A stretch of DNA of 53,918 nt from a virus (taxonomy: Duplodnaviria > Caudoviricetes): positions 1 to 53,918 of IMG/VR virus record IMGVR_UViG_3300047554_000854; one strand, written 5' to 3'. The notes beneath the pieces were generated by a model, which did no database searches, had not been told where the DNA came from, and saw only the letters and a program-made list of their open reading frames with translations. The position numbers were made by a program, and so were the translations under genes. The first letter of the stretch is position 1, and each line of letters begins with the position of its first letter. Below, in pieces: positions 17,766 to 27,566 of the stretch.

Positions 17766-17979
17766 CCCCCTTTCCCCGAATACGAGTGGCGTGAGTTATC
17801 CGCCAAAACAGAACGGCAACCTTATCCCCTTTCGGTTGCCGTTTTGTTTTACCCTGTGGCGTATTCGTTTTTTCCTTACGCCGACAGATAACTTCTCATT
17901 AGTGTTGCGAAGTTGCGTAATGACGGCTCGCTATGGTAAACTCTTGGTATGGCGAAAGGCTCGCCAGAAAGGGACACAG

Positions 17980-18387
17980 ATGAAACTAGAAACAAGCATT
18001 TCGACAGGTTGTAACGGTTGCGAGTATTATGACGAGGACACCGATACTTACACCGAGGCGGACAGTTGCCAAGGGTATTGCTACGAAGATGCCGTTGAAG
18101 ACTACACCGAGAACCTGTTGAAACCTTGGCTAGAAGCCAAGGCGATTATGGCGGATAGTCCTGTTCGTATCCACGGCTCGGGTATGACTTGGCTACGCCG
18201 TTCAGGACACGCCGACACTTCGGCTCGCGCTATCTTGGACACACTTGCTATCAACGGTGACTTCACCATAAAAGCCGTCTATGAAGACGGCGAGTTGTCG
18301 TTCGTTCGCTACTCTCACGATGAACCGACAGGAGCGAGTTTCACCGTTGAGCCTATCTCGCTTGACGGAGAAACGGAGTGGGTGTGA
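17980..18387 (+). CDS. Hypothetical protein
   Basis: RBS GAAAGGG, ATG 17980, SHDEPTG motif. Confidence 0.75.
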   Translation: MKLETSISTGCNGCEYYDEDTDTYTEADSCQGYCYEDAVEDYTENLLKPWLEAKAIMADSPVRIHGSGMTWLRRSGHADTSARAILDTLAINGDFTIKAVYEDGELSFVRYSHDEPTGASFTVEPISLDGETEWV

Positions 18388-18494
18388 TGACCGAACCAAT
18401 GACCCTGACGGATGAGCAACTAGACGAGTTGATAGTGAGCCTATCGAACCGACTAGGGTTAGTGTTGGACACCGAACCTATCGAAGCGTTCTAA
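18387..18494 (+). CDS. Small protein, 35 aa (not in ORF track)
   Basis: TGATG coupling, ends just before a terminator. Confidence 0.5.
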   Translation: MTEPMTLTDEQLDELIVSLSNRLGLVLDTEPIEAF

Positions 18495-18671
18495 CCGAGA
18501 AACCCGACAACGAAAGTTGTCGGGTATTCTCTTGCTCGGCAAGCGTATTCGTTTTTTCCGCTACAACACCACACAAAAATAAAATACTAAATGGATTTGA
18601 CTTACACGACCATAGCCACTAAGATAGACTATGTAGCCAGAAAGTCTGGTTACAGAAAGGGGTTCTCCATT

Positions 18672-18986
18672 ATGGAAAACCAAACTCTAAATGGTGTCGA
18701 ACTCGCTACACTAGGCGACCTAGCCACCATGCTCGACATGAAGTATGTAACTGTTGTTGCTTGGCGTAATCGTTACAGCGACTTTCCAGCACCACTAATC
18801 ACGCTCAACGCTGGCGGAGAGCGACCACGACCTTTGTTTGACGCTAACGCAGTAAAGGCGTGGGCAGACGGGAAAGAAGTCCGAACTCGTGGCTACGCTG
18901 GCAAACTTGGAGCTAAGGTTCTGAACCTAGAAGCCACCAATCCAGAAGCGTTCGCTACGATTATGGAACTACTCAACGAGAAGTAG
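18672..18986 (+). CDS. AlpA/MerR-like HTH DNA-binding protein
   Basis: LGDLATMLDMKYVTVVAWRNRYSDFPAP...LFDANAVKAW. Confidence 0.7.
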   Translation: MENQTLNGVELATLGDLATMLDMKYVTVVAWRNRYSDFPAPLITLNAGGERPRPLFDANAVKAWADGKEVRTRGYAGKLGAKVLNLEATNPEAFATIMELLNEK

Positions 18987-19122
18987 CCACACGAAAGAAG
19001 TCCCCCGAGCAATCGGGGGATTTTCTTTTTTCACGGGGGTTGGCGAGTGTATTCGTTTTTTCCAGCACGACACGACTTTCTAAAATGGATTAGGTTTTTT
19101 GAAGTAATCGTGATAGACTTTA

Positions 19123-19432
19123 GGGGTAGCAGAGAAGTCCTAGGTTTCTCTAACTACTAGCGGGGAGTCGGCGAAGCAGACCTAGCGACATTACGGCGAA
19201 TCAGTATCCGAGGCCCTTGCGGAGTAGGGCAGAGCAGACATCTAGAAGGTCGGGTTGAACAGCGAGCCAGAACAGCGAGGAAGCACCAGCCGAGAGTGCG
19301 GGGTTACAACAGCCCGTAGGCATACGGGTTGGGTTGGCTGAGAGTCGCTCTCTCGGTGCGGGTTCGAATCCCGCTGACCTGCGAAAGTCCCCCGACTTTT
19401 TTTGCTCATACTTTCTTTGGCGGGGGACTTTC
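19123..19432 (+). ncRNA. Candidate ncRNA with a tRNA-like 3' domain, in its own cassette
   Basis: Box A and promoter upstream, no ORF; T-arm GCGGG-TTCGAAT-CCCGC (19358-19374), AGGTCG/TGACCT acceptor-like helix, several further helices. Confidence 0.65.
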
Positions 19433-19625
19433 CAATTTTTCCGACACGACAGCGTGTATTCGTTTTTTCCGCTGGACTATCTCCGTTATCAAAATGTTAC
19501 CTAATAACACGCCTAGGATTTGCTAAATGTCTATCGCATAGGGTAAGATTACTAATGTAATCGAAGTTCAAAAGCGGAAGTCCCGCCAGAGAGATTACCT
19601 AGACCTCACGAAAGGGGTTGGTAGT

Positions 19626-19976
19626 ATGGCTAAGTCAGCCACTACCCCAGCCGTAGCAACCGCTACCGCTGTCGTTACCGAGAACACTCGCAAGGTGTCC
19701 AAGGTTCTAGTTGCCAAGGTGGCCGAAATGGCACACCTACGCACCGAGATTGCCCGCTTGGAAAAGTTGGCTAAGTCGTTGCGTGCCGAAGTGCTTGACG
19801 AAGTCGGCACTGACCCTGTTGTGCTAATCCACAACAACATCAAGGTTGCGAAGTTGTCGGTCGTAATCACCGAGCGTGCTGACCTTGACGCTCTACGCAA
19901 GGCGTTCCCTGACGCTTGGAGTGCCGTCAAATACGACAGCCCTAGCGTCAAGGTGTCGCTAATCCACGAAGTCTAG
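19626..19976 (+). CDS. Hypothetical protein, paralog of 12435 and 32504
   Basis: LRAEVLDEVG...DLDALRKAFPDAW. Confidence 0.8.
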   Translation: MAKSATTPAVATATAVVTENTRKVSKVLVAKVAEMAHLRTEIARLEKLAKSLRAEVLDEVGTDPVVLIHNNIKVAKLSVVITERADLDALRKAFPDAWSAVKYDSPSVKVSLIHEV

Positions 19977-20177
19977 GCGACAGCCACCGAGCCAGCCAGC
20001 CCGAAAGGGTTGGCTGGTTTTGGCGTTCCCGATACGGCAGGTCGGGGAGTGTATTCGTTTTTTCCGCAGGGACACGACACTAAAAGAAATAACTTGCGTT
20101 GTCGGTGGATAGGAGTATAATGGAGTATGTAGTCAGGAAGCCAAGGTGGTTGAGGATTACACGAAAGGGCAATCAAG

Positions 20178-20549
20178 ATGCTTGATTGGAACGCAGTAGA
20201 AGACGCAGTAGAGAACGCAAGGGGCATTGCGTTTGAGAACTGCCACAAGATTTATGTTCTTATGGACACTTACCAAGTTGCCCTAATGCGTGAATACGAA
20301 TACGAGTTTGTAATCACCGACCAAGAGCAGACACCGAGCGAAATGCTCGCCACGCTAAAAGAGTGGTTTGAGCAGTCTTGCCCGCTACGCTTCATTGAAG
20401 CAGTAGCCACTAACCACGAAGACCCGAACGCTGGCTTTACCACGCTGATTGGTCAGTTTGAGCAAGACGATTGCGAAGACTGTGGTGAGCGCGGTTGCGC
20501 TGGGGTTTGCGCTGATGACGACTACGAAGACGAAGACGAAGACGAGTAG
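20178..20549 (+). CDS. Hypothetical protein
   Basis: CHKIYVLMD...WFEQSCPLRFI; RBS GAAAGGG. Confidence 0.8.
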   Translation: MLDWNAVEDAVENARGIAFENCHKIYVLMDTYQVALMREYEYEFVITDQEQTPSEMLATLKEWFEQSCPLRFIEAVATNHEDPNAGFTTLIGQFEQDDCEDCGERGCAGVCADDDYEDEDEDE

Positions 20550-20742
20550 CCCTAATCACGAAACGCCCGCTGGAAAATCGGCGGGCGTTTTCTTTTGCGC
20601 TGGCGAACACGGAAGCCCGCGGAAAAAACGAATACTCCTGGCGCGACACGGGGGCCAATGGATTTGACTTCCGCTCGAAAATGCTGTAAAGTCTATCTTG
20701 TAATCAACAACGATTACCTAAGCAAAGGGAAGCACCGAGATT

Positions 20743-20985
20743 ATGAACCTACTACAAGCCAGACTTCTAGTTCACAGTCTAGAAATGGAAATCAAGTTCG
20801 AAGGCAAGTTCCAGATGACCCGAGAGCCAGCAATGCGGGCACTTGGTCGCCTATGTGGCTTTGACGCATACGCCACCTTCGGCAAGGGCGTAAAGGGTCG
20901 CCAGAAGGCTCTGGATTGGTTGAACGAAACCATTACCGAGAACGAAAAGATTTACGGCTTAGAGCCAGGCGAAACCTTCGCCTAA
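20743..20985 (+). CDS. Hypothetical protein
   Basis: Box A cassette, terminator downstream. Confidence 0.75.
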   Translation: MNLLQARLLVHSLEMEIKFEGKFQMTREPAMRALGRLCGFDAYATFGKGVKGRQKALDWLNETITENEKIYGLEPGETFA

Positions 20986-21127
20986 GCCAACACGATAGCC
21001 CCCGCAGAAATGCGGGGGTTATTTTGTTGCCGAAAAATTTTTTAGGGGTGTATTCGTTTTTTCCGCTGAAAAAGCTGATACGGCGTGGCACTGGCAAAAT
21101 GTCGGGGGTATAGAGTATTATTTAGTT

Positions 21128-21346
21128 ATGGCAAACAACTACTCAAAACTGATGAAGTCAGTTATCGCTCTGGCTATCCAACATGGTTGGACAGTCAGCA
21201 TGACGAACAAGGGGCACTACAAGTTCGTATCACCAGACAAGACGCAACCCGTCATACACCTAAGCGGAACGCCTAGCGACCACATGACCTACATGTGTAG
21301 CATGGCGCAACTACGCAGACACGGGCTACCCGTTCCCAAGAAGTAA
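21128..21346 (+). CDS. HicA-like toxin-fold protein, leaderless
   Basis: GWTV....GHYKF..P...V......TPSD pattern with a His at the HicA catalytic position. Confidence 0.65.
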   Translation: MANNYSKLMKSVIALAIQHGWTVSMTNKGHYKFVSPDKTQPVIHLSGTPSDHMTYMCSMAQLRRHGLPVPKK

Positions 21347-21534
21347 TCAAGGGGAACGCCGATACTGAAAAGTGTCGGCGTTCTTTTTTGCTCGGCGTAG
21401 ATGTATTCGTTTTTTCCGCTGTAAAAAGTTTTTCGTGTTTCGATTTGCTTTTGTCTATGGTGTATGCTACGATGTATGTATCAGCACTTCAGCTGATACT
21501 TTGATAACTACATAGAGAAAAGGGGTTGAGTCTT

Positions 21535-21867
21535 ATGACTGAACAACAAACTTATCTTCCACGACCATACGAAGTGGGGGACGGCGACTTCGTAGATGTA
21601 GTCTGCGAGGACTGTGCTGTAAAGTTTGCCGAGGAGCGAGGACTGGTCTGGCGTGGCAACACTTCTCACCACTCGTTCACCGAGGACTCCGAGGAAAAGG
21701 GTTCATACGCTTCGTGCATTGAATCATACGCCCTTGGGGACGCTGACGCTCCCTACTCGTGTTGTGGGGTCTACCTAGACACGAACCTAACCCGAGACGG
21801 TTTTGACTACTTGGAGGAACACGACTTCCCCGAGTGGGTCAAGGAACTTTACGGGGCAACCAAGTAG
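21535..21867 (+). CDS. Hypothetical Cys-containing protein
   Basis: AAAAGGGG RBS, CEDC. Confidence 0.75.
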   Translation: MTEQQTYLPRPYEVGDGDFVDVVCEDCAVKFAEERGLVWRGNTSHHSFTEDSEEKGSYASCIESYALGDADAPYSCCGVYLDTNLTRDGFDYLEEHDFPEWVKELYGATK

Positions 21868-22049
21868 CGTGAAGAACCTACACCCTTCGGGGTGTGGGTT
21901 CTTTTTTTTTGCGGGGAAGTATGTATTCGTTTTTTCCGCAGAATAAAATAAATACGAAATAGATTTGACTTTGTGTTGGGGCTATGCTACGCTGTATGTA
22001 TCAGCGATTTCCACTCGGGAAATACTGAATAGTGCCTAAGGGGGCAACT

Positions 22050-22292
22050 ATGAGCTCACCAGCTCACACCAGCGGTTCAACCGCCGTTCCGTTCACAGAG
22101 CGTCAAATGAACGCTATCCACTCAGCGTTGCTAAGTGAAGTCTTCAACTTGCGTGGACTTCTTGAAGCATCCACCGACTCGCTCGTTGCAAACTACTTGC
22201 ACTGCGAACTTGCGGAAGCAGTCCAGACTGAAGCGGACTTCCGTAACTTCTGGCGTAACGCAATCACCGCTGACGCACTAGGGGGTGAGTAG
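22050..22292 (+). CDS. Hypothetical protein
   Basis: AAGGGGG RBS, ATG 22050. Confidence 0.75.
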   Translation: MSSPAHTSGSTAVPFTERQMNAIHSALLSEVFNLRGLLEASTDSLVANYLHCELAEAVQTEADFRNFWRNAITADALGGE

Positions 22293-22509
22293 TTTGACTG
22301 CGTTCATTTACAGACTGCGTGACCCGAAGTTCGCACCGTTCATCACCGCCCGTATCTTGGGGGAGTATCACTACCCCTATAAGGGCTTGACCTACTTCGA
22401 AATCGAAATCACGGATAGCCGTAAGCCAGTCGGTCTCCAGACTTCAATCACGCCTATTTGGGGCGGTAAGCACTTCCGTGAAGTTTTCGAGATTGACGGA
22501 CTAGCCTAA
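22285..22509 (+). CDS. Hypothetical protein
   Basis: Overlapping GTG start, terminator downstream. Confidence 0.65.
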   Translation: MSSLTAFIYRLRDPKFAPFITARILGEYHYPYKGLTYFEIEITDSRKPVGLQTSITPIWGGKHFREVFEIDGLA

Positions 22510-22899
22510 CCCGCTATCACCAAAAGCACCCCCGCCAAAGTGCGGGGGTTCTTTTTTGCCCCCGTCAGCGACCCGCTGGCGGGTTTTCAGCGTCTAGGTG
22601 GAGTGATTACCCGTCTAGACACTTCGACCCGTCTACGGGGCGCTGGTGGCGTTCTAGGGCATTGACCTACAAAACACGGGGGGGTAGATGACGCTTTTCG
22701 GGGGTGCGAGCTGGTGTATTCGTTTTTTCCCGCAACTAGACACGATTGCCCTAGGATTTTGTATTTTCGAATAATCGTGCTAAGATGTAGGTATCAAGTA
22801 AAACGCTTGATACTGCTGGTCATCCATCAGGTAAGAACGGGATAGGGATAGATGGCTTCTCCCCGACACCTAGCAGTTCCATCAAAGTAAAGGGCAACT

Positions 22900-23109
22900 A
22901 TGAGTTCGATTCAACTAGTCCCCGCATACGGGCGGGACTACAAAAGTCAGCGTGAAGTTCAAGAAGCGTGGGACGCTAATAAGGACTTTTGGACTGCCGA
23001 CATCATCAATGGCTATGGTGCGGCAACCAATAAGCAGGACTGCGACTCAATGGGTCTGCGTGTGGTTATTCGCTACGCACGCGGTATGAAACTCTACGCA
23101 GTCAAGTAA
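22900..23109 (+). CDS. Small phage hypothetical protein
   Basis: LVPAYGRDYKS...W...KDF; AAAGGG RBS. Confidence 0.8.
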   Translation: MSSIQLVPAYGRDYKSQREVQEAWDANKDFWTADIINGYGAATNKQDCDSMGLRVVIRYARGMKLYAVK

Positions 23110-23270
23110 AAGCCACGGGGATAGGTGTTTCCAATCACGCCTATCCCCGTTTTACTTTTGCCGCAGGGTGTATTCGTTTTTTCCTCTGGCGGGAACACGA
23201 TTGCGGGGTGATTTGATTTTGTCGGTGGTATCGTGTAAACTTGCCTTATCAAGTTGAAAGGGGTAGCCAA

Positions 23271-23717
23271 ATGGCAACCATCGAAACATACTCACCAGAC
23301 CACCGACCACAGCGTAAGCAGGAGTTCCTGTTGCTTACCGAGTTCGAACCTAAGATGGCGTTCGAAACTCACGAACTACTTGCGGGCGCGATTATCGCCA
23401 ACCCTGCGGGATTTGGCATTGACGGACTAGTGCTACGCGTAGAGGACTACTTCGGTAGCGTCAGCGCGGTCTATGTTCCAGAGGACTGCGAGCGCGAGCA
23501 CTGCGAATGCTCTTGGGCGCTGTATGAGTCAAAACGCCGTAGTATCGCTCGCTCACTCGCCGAAGGCGCTTCGTCTGTGACTTGGGTAGGCGGTCAAATC
23601 TACACGGAACCACTTCCCGAACTTGCGGTTGAGGATGTAGAGCGCGACCCCGAACACTGCGAACAGAGCGCCGAGTTTGAAACCGAGTGGGTGGAAATCT
23701 ACACGCCGACCCGATAG
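23271..23717 (+). CDS. Hypothetical protein
   Basis: GAAAGGGG RBS, ATG 23271. Confidence 0.75.
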   Translation: MATIETYSPDHRPQRKQEFLLLTEFEPKMAFETHELLAGAIIANPAGFGIDGLVLRVEDYFGSVSAVYVPEDCEREHCECSWALYESKRRSIARSLAEGASSVTWVGGQIYTEPLPELAVEDVERDPEHCEQSAEFETEWVEIYTPTR

Positions 23718-23895
23718 CGACTAGCGCGAGACCCCTGCCGATTTCGGCGGGGGTTTTGCTCTATCCCCGCGCCCGCCGAGTGTATTCGTTTTTTCCGTGC
23801 GACACGCTGGACACGGGGGCGATTAGGTTATTTGCTGGTTATGGTGTATACTAGAATCACAACAGGGCGAAAACGAAGTAGCCCAAAGGGGCATT

Positions 23896-24144
23896 ATGAA
23901 CATCTACGAAATAATCGAATCCTACGGCTTTCCTATGTTCGGTAACGAGGAACTAGGCACGCTAATCACTTGGAACGGCTCTAACACTTTCCTATGGTGG
24001 AACAGGGACTACTCGGTAGGCAACTGGACTAACTCGGACATTCGCACGAACTACGACCCTATGACGCTTCAGCAAGCAGAGGCAGAGGCTAAACGCTGGT
24101 TCGCTCAGGAAGTCGAAGCACTAGACGAAGCCCTAGACGCTTAG
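23896..24144 (+). CDS. Hypothetical protein
   Basis: AAAGGGG RBS. Confidence 0.8.
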   Translation: MNIYEIIESYGFPMFGNEELGTLITWNGSNTFLWWNRDYSVGNWTNSDIRTNYDPMTLQQAEAEAKRWFAQEVEALDEALDA

Positions 24145-24305
24145 TTAGAAGTCGAAGCAAGCCCCCGCAGAAATGCGGGGGTTTTGTTTTGCTCGGCGTG
24201 CTGGTAGGTGTATTCGTTTTTTCCCGAGACAGACACGGCGGGTGTGGGCGACTTGACTTTACTTCCTGGTCGTGGTAGACTTTCCTTGAAGGAAAGGAGG
24301 ACACA

Positions 24306-24434
24306 ATGCTTTCATACGAGTTCACTGGAACTTACACCCTCATTCTCGAGGCGGAGTCTGCTGAGGCTGCTCAGCAGGAGGCGGAGGACATCCTGGGCAA
24401 TACCGTCTGGGACTACACCATCGAGGAGGCGTAA
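24306..24434 (+). CDS. Small acidic protein, 42 aa (not in ORF track)
   Basis: Perfect GAAAGGAGG RBS; MLSYEFTGTYTLILEAESAEAA... Confidence 0.75.
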   Translation: MLSYEFTGTYTLILEAESAEAAQQEAEDILGNTVWDYTIEEA

Positions 24435-24627
24435 GCCACCAGCAGGAAGCCCCTGCCCCGAAAGGGGTGGGGGTTTTCTACTACCTGGTAGTAAAACCAG
24501 CGTATTCGTTTTTTCCTGCGCGAGCGACACAATGCGGAATGGATTTGACTTTGAAAATAAAACCTGGTAGACTCTACCTTGTAATCAAAAGATTACATCA
24601 GGGCAACACCAAACAAAGGGGAGCAAG

Positions 24628-24780
24628 ATGATTGTTCGGGTTCGTAAACTAAAGGGCGAAGGCCACCACGATTTCTATGACTGCGTTGAGTGCGGTCGCC
24701 GTTGGAAGTCAAGCGACAAAAAGATTGGACACACCCAGGTCGCGTGCGCACGATACAGGAAGCGCGTATACGGCTGGTAG
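24628..24780 (+). CDS. Small Cys/His protein, 50 aa (not in ORF track)
   Basis: AAAGGGG RBS; CVECGRRW...H...C. Confidence 0.7.
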   Translation: MIVRVRKLKGEGHHDFYDCVECGRRWKSSDKKIGHTQVACARYRKRVYGW

Positions 24781-24983
24781 CCAACCTGGCGAGAACCTGG
24801 AAGCAGAGCGCTTCCAGGTTTTCTTTTTGCCTAATGCGAAGTTGTGCGCCAGGTGCGTATTCGTTTTTTCCGTAGGGTGGACACGATACTAAATGGATTT
24901 GACTTGGGGGATAATCTATGGGAGAATAGAGGGGTAGTCAGGAGAGCAAGGGGCTTGAGGGCTACGAAAGGGAGTGGTCAGAA

Positions 24984-25232
24984 ATGACTAACGCAGTATT
25001 CGTTCTCACCGCCACCTCGCAGGGCGAGCGTGGACAGGCAGGACACAAGAAGGTCTACGAGATTATCGTAGAAGGCAACTGGGTAACTCTACGCTGGGGC
25101 AAGGCGGAAGAGATGACCCGACAGACGCAACGCAAGTGGTTCACGAACTCAAACCTCGCCCTCAACTTCGCACGAGAGAAGAAGTGGGCGAAGGTCGATA
25201 AGGGTTATGTAGTGGCTTACCAAGCACTCTAA
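24984..25232 (+). CDS. WGR-domain protein
   Basis: KVYEI....V.LRWGK......K.F....A......K..K..KGY. Confidence 0.7.
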   Translation: MTNAVFVLTATSQGERGQAGHKKVYEIIVEGNWVTLRWGKAEEMTRQTQRKWFTNSNLALNFAREKKWAKVDKGYVVAYQAL

Positions 25233-25467
25233 CCCCCGAAAGCCCAGCGGGGTTATTGCCCCCCTTTCGCCCCGCTGATGAGAAGCCCGCCAGTTCCCCC
25301 TACTGGCGGGTTTCGCTTTTCTCTGGACACTCAGGGCGTATTCGTTTTTTCCCTAGCGACACGCTTGGTCGTGGCGTGATTTGACTTGGCTTTGAAAATC
25401 CTGTAAGATTACTAATGTAATCAGGAAGCCAAGGGGGCGGAGGGTTACGGAAAGGGTAGGGGTTCCA

Positions 25468-25806
25468 ATGGGACTTCTAATCAGCATTTACCGCAGTGAC
25501 TACGACAGCACGATGAACGTTTTCCACGGAAAGCGTCAGTTGGTTCTGGTCAATGTTTCAGGACCGTTTGAGCCTTCGGAAGACGCACCAGCAGCCAAGT
25601 TGGTTCAGGGCTACCGCAACACTGCGATTATCGTTCCAGCAGACGAATACGCAGACGGCGTTCAGATGAGCGGTGGAACTTTCGGTTCGACCAGCGACAG
25701 CCGTTTCAGTGAAGCCGTCAAGGCTCTCACGGGGTCTTCACACTTCGCCGTGGCAATCCACGACCGCCGTGAAACTTGGGAAGAATACGAGCGGTTCAGC
25801 ATCTAG
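25468..25806 (+). CDS. Hypothetical protein
   Basis: MSGGTF..TSDSRF...AIHDR. Confidence 0.8.
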   Translation: MGLLISIYRSDYDSTMNVFHGKRQLVLVNVSGPFEPSEDAPAAKLVQGYRNTAIIVPADEYADGVQMSGGTFGSTSDSRFSEAVKALTGSSHFAVAIHDRRETWEEYERFSI

Positions 25807-25999
25807 CAACCAGCAAGACGCTCACCCGAAAGGGTGGGCGTTTTTGCGTTTCTGGGGTGGCGTGCGTGTGTCCCGAAAAAACGAATACGCACGCACACGG
25901 GAGTAGCTTGGGGAGTGCGAGTGTGGCGATTTGACTTTTCTCCGTTTGGGGTGTAGGCTATTCACATAGCCAGAAGGTCTGGTTCGAAAGGGGTCTTGG

Positions 26000-26458
26000 A
26001 TGTCCAAGCCAGCAAGCGAAAAGCAGGTTGCTTTTCTTTCTACGCTCGTGAGCGAGCGTCAGCACACCGAGAGCGTCAATCTTGACGCTCTAACTTCTGC
26101 CGAGGCTTCGGCTCTCATCACCACGCTTCTAAACGCACCACGCAAGGTTGGCGGTTCGGTTGAGCGTGTTACCGAGGTTGGCGTTTATCGCAACGCCGAG
26201 GGCGACATCTTTCGTGTCCAGAAGTCGCGCCAGAGCGGTAACCTCTACGCCAAGAAACTAGACATCTTTGATGGCGGTTTCCTCTATGTTCAGGGTGCTA
26301 TGCGTTTCATCAAGCCTAGCGACAAGATGACCCTAGACGAAGCCAAAGCCTTTGGCGTTCAGTTCGGTATCTGTTGCTGGTGCGGTGCTACCCTCACCGA
26401 CCCTGTGAGCGTTGAGCAGGGTATCGGTCCTGTCTGCGTGAAGCGTTGGGGCAGATAG
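26000..26458 (+). CDS. DUF6011-like zinc-finger protein
   Basis: C-terminal CCWCGATLTDPVSVEQGIGPVC; N-terminal ASEKQ. Confidence 0.7.
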   Translation: MSKPASEKQVAFLSTLVSERQHTESVNLDALTSAEASALITTLLNAPRKVGGSVERVTEVGVYRNAEGDIFRVQKSRQSGNLYAKKLDIFDGGFLYVQGAMRFIKPSDKMTLDEAKAFGVQFGICCWCGATLTDPVSVEQGIGPVCVKRWGR

Positions 26459-26646
26459 TCCGTAAGTAGTAAAGCCCCCCTTGCCAAACGGCAGGGGGGG
26501 TTTCTTTTCTTAGTGCGAAGTCGAGCTACTCACGGCAGCGTATTCGTTTTTTCCCGCCTATTTGACAAAGTTGAAAATCGGGGGTATCATTTAGTTATAA
26601 CTAAATAGATACACAAATCCACTACCAGAGATAAGGGGCAACACCA

Positions 26647-26907
26647 ATGACCACCACCACCTACGCAAGCGACCTAGGCAAGTGCTACAACAAGACCGAG
26701 GACGGCGGATACCGCCTCTACCGCGAGGATGGAAAGCCAAACGGCGCTTGGGTTATCTACTTCGTCTACAAGGGCGACAGCGGACGGCTGGAAGCCTACC
26801 CAGGCGGATACCTCTCCGACCCAGACAACTTCGACATCGGGGTTTACGAGTTGGAGTGCGAGAGCCGAGAGTTGGAGCGACAGGCTAGAGCAGAGTTCGG
26901 GTTCTAA
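26647..26907 (+). CDS. Hypothetical protein
   Basis: AAGGGG RBS. Confidence 0.75.
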   Translation: MTTTTYASDLGKCYNKTEDGGYRLYREDGKPNGAWVIYFVYKGDSGRLEAYPGGYLSDPDNFDIGVYELECESRELERQARAEFGF

Positions 26908-27116
26908 AAGTGTAGCTACACTTTCAGCGAGAGCCTCCCGCCACGGCGGGGGGTTCTTGCGTTTTTCGGTTGCTGGTTAGTAATCGGAAAAAACGAATAC
27001 CTGAACCCCGCCCCGACACGCCGAGGATTAGGTGATTTGGGAAATCTATGGTAACCTGGTTATGTAACCAGGACGGCAGATAGCAAGAGGGTTACTTGAA
27101 AGGGGATAGAAGTCTT

Positions 27117-27479
27117 ATGACTACTATTCAAATCTCGGTTGAAGTTTCGGACGAGGTCATCGACCAGGTCATCGACTCGGCTGGCTACTACATTGACTAC
27201 TGGGCAACCAAAGGTCAGCAGGACACCGAGGCCAAGACCTATAAGGTCTGGCTGGACGAAGAGGCTCGTGAAGAGCGTGGCGAGAAGAGCGTAACGCTCA
27301 CCTACGCCGACCTCGCTCTCGCTGGCGAGAAGTTGCTCACGGGCAGGGTCAAGGTTCGCTCGGACATTCGTGAGGCTCTCTCCGCTGGGTTCATCGCTGG
27401 GGATGCTGGCTCCATTGACGGCGAGGTGGCCGATGTTGTGGTTCAGGTTGCTATCTTCGGGGACATTATCTTCGGTTAG
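27117..27479 (+). CDS. Hypothetical protein
   Basis: GAAAGGGG RBS; D...AD.VVQVAIFGDIIFG C-terminus. Confidence 0.8.
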   Translation: MTTIQISVEVSDEVIDQVIDSAGYYIDYWATKGQQDTEAKTYKVWLDEEAREERGEKSVTLTYADLALAGEKLLTGRVKVRSDIREALSAGFIAGDAGSIDGEVADVVVQVAIFGDIIFG

Positions 27480-27512
27480 TGATACGGAAGCCCCCTGGCG
27501 AAAGCCAGGGGG

Positions 27513-27566
27513 TTATCCACACCTGTGGATAAGTTATCCACACCCTGTGGATAAGTCTGTGGATAA
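27513..27566. promoter_or_regulatory. Five perfect DnaA boxes
   Basis: TTATCCACA at 27513, 27534; TGTGGATAA at 27524, 27546, 27558. Confidence 0.85.

Noticed and set aside
19247-19384. Canonical tRNA gene
   Set aside because: T-arm present but no recognisable D arm or 7-nt anticodon loop at canonical spacing; kept as an ncRNA candidate
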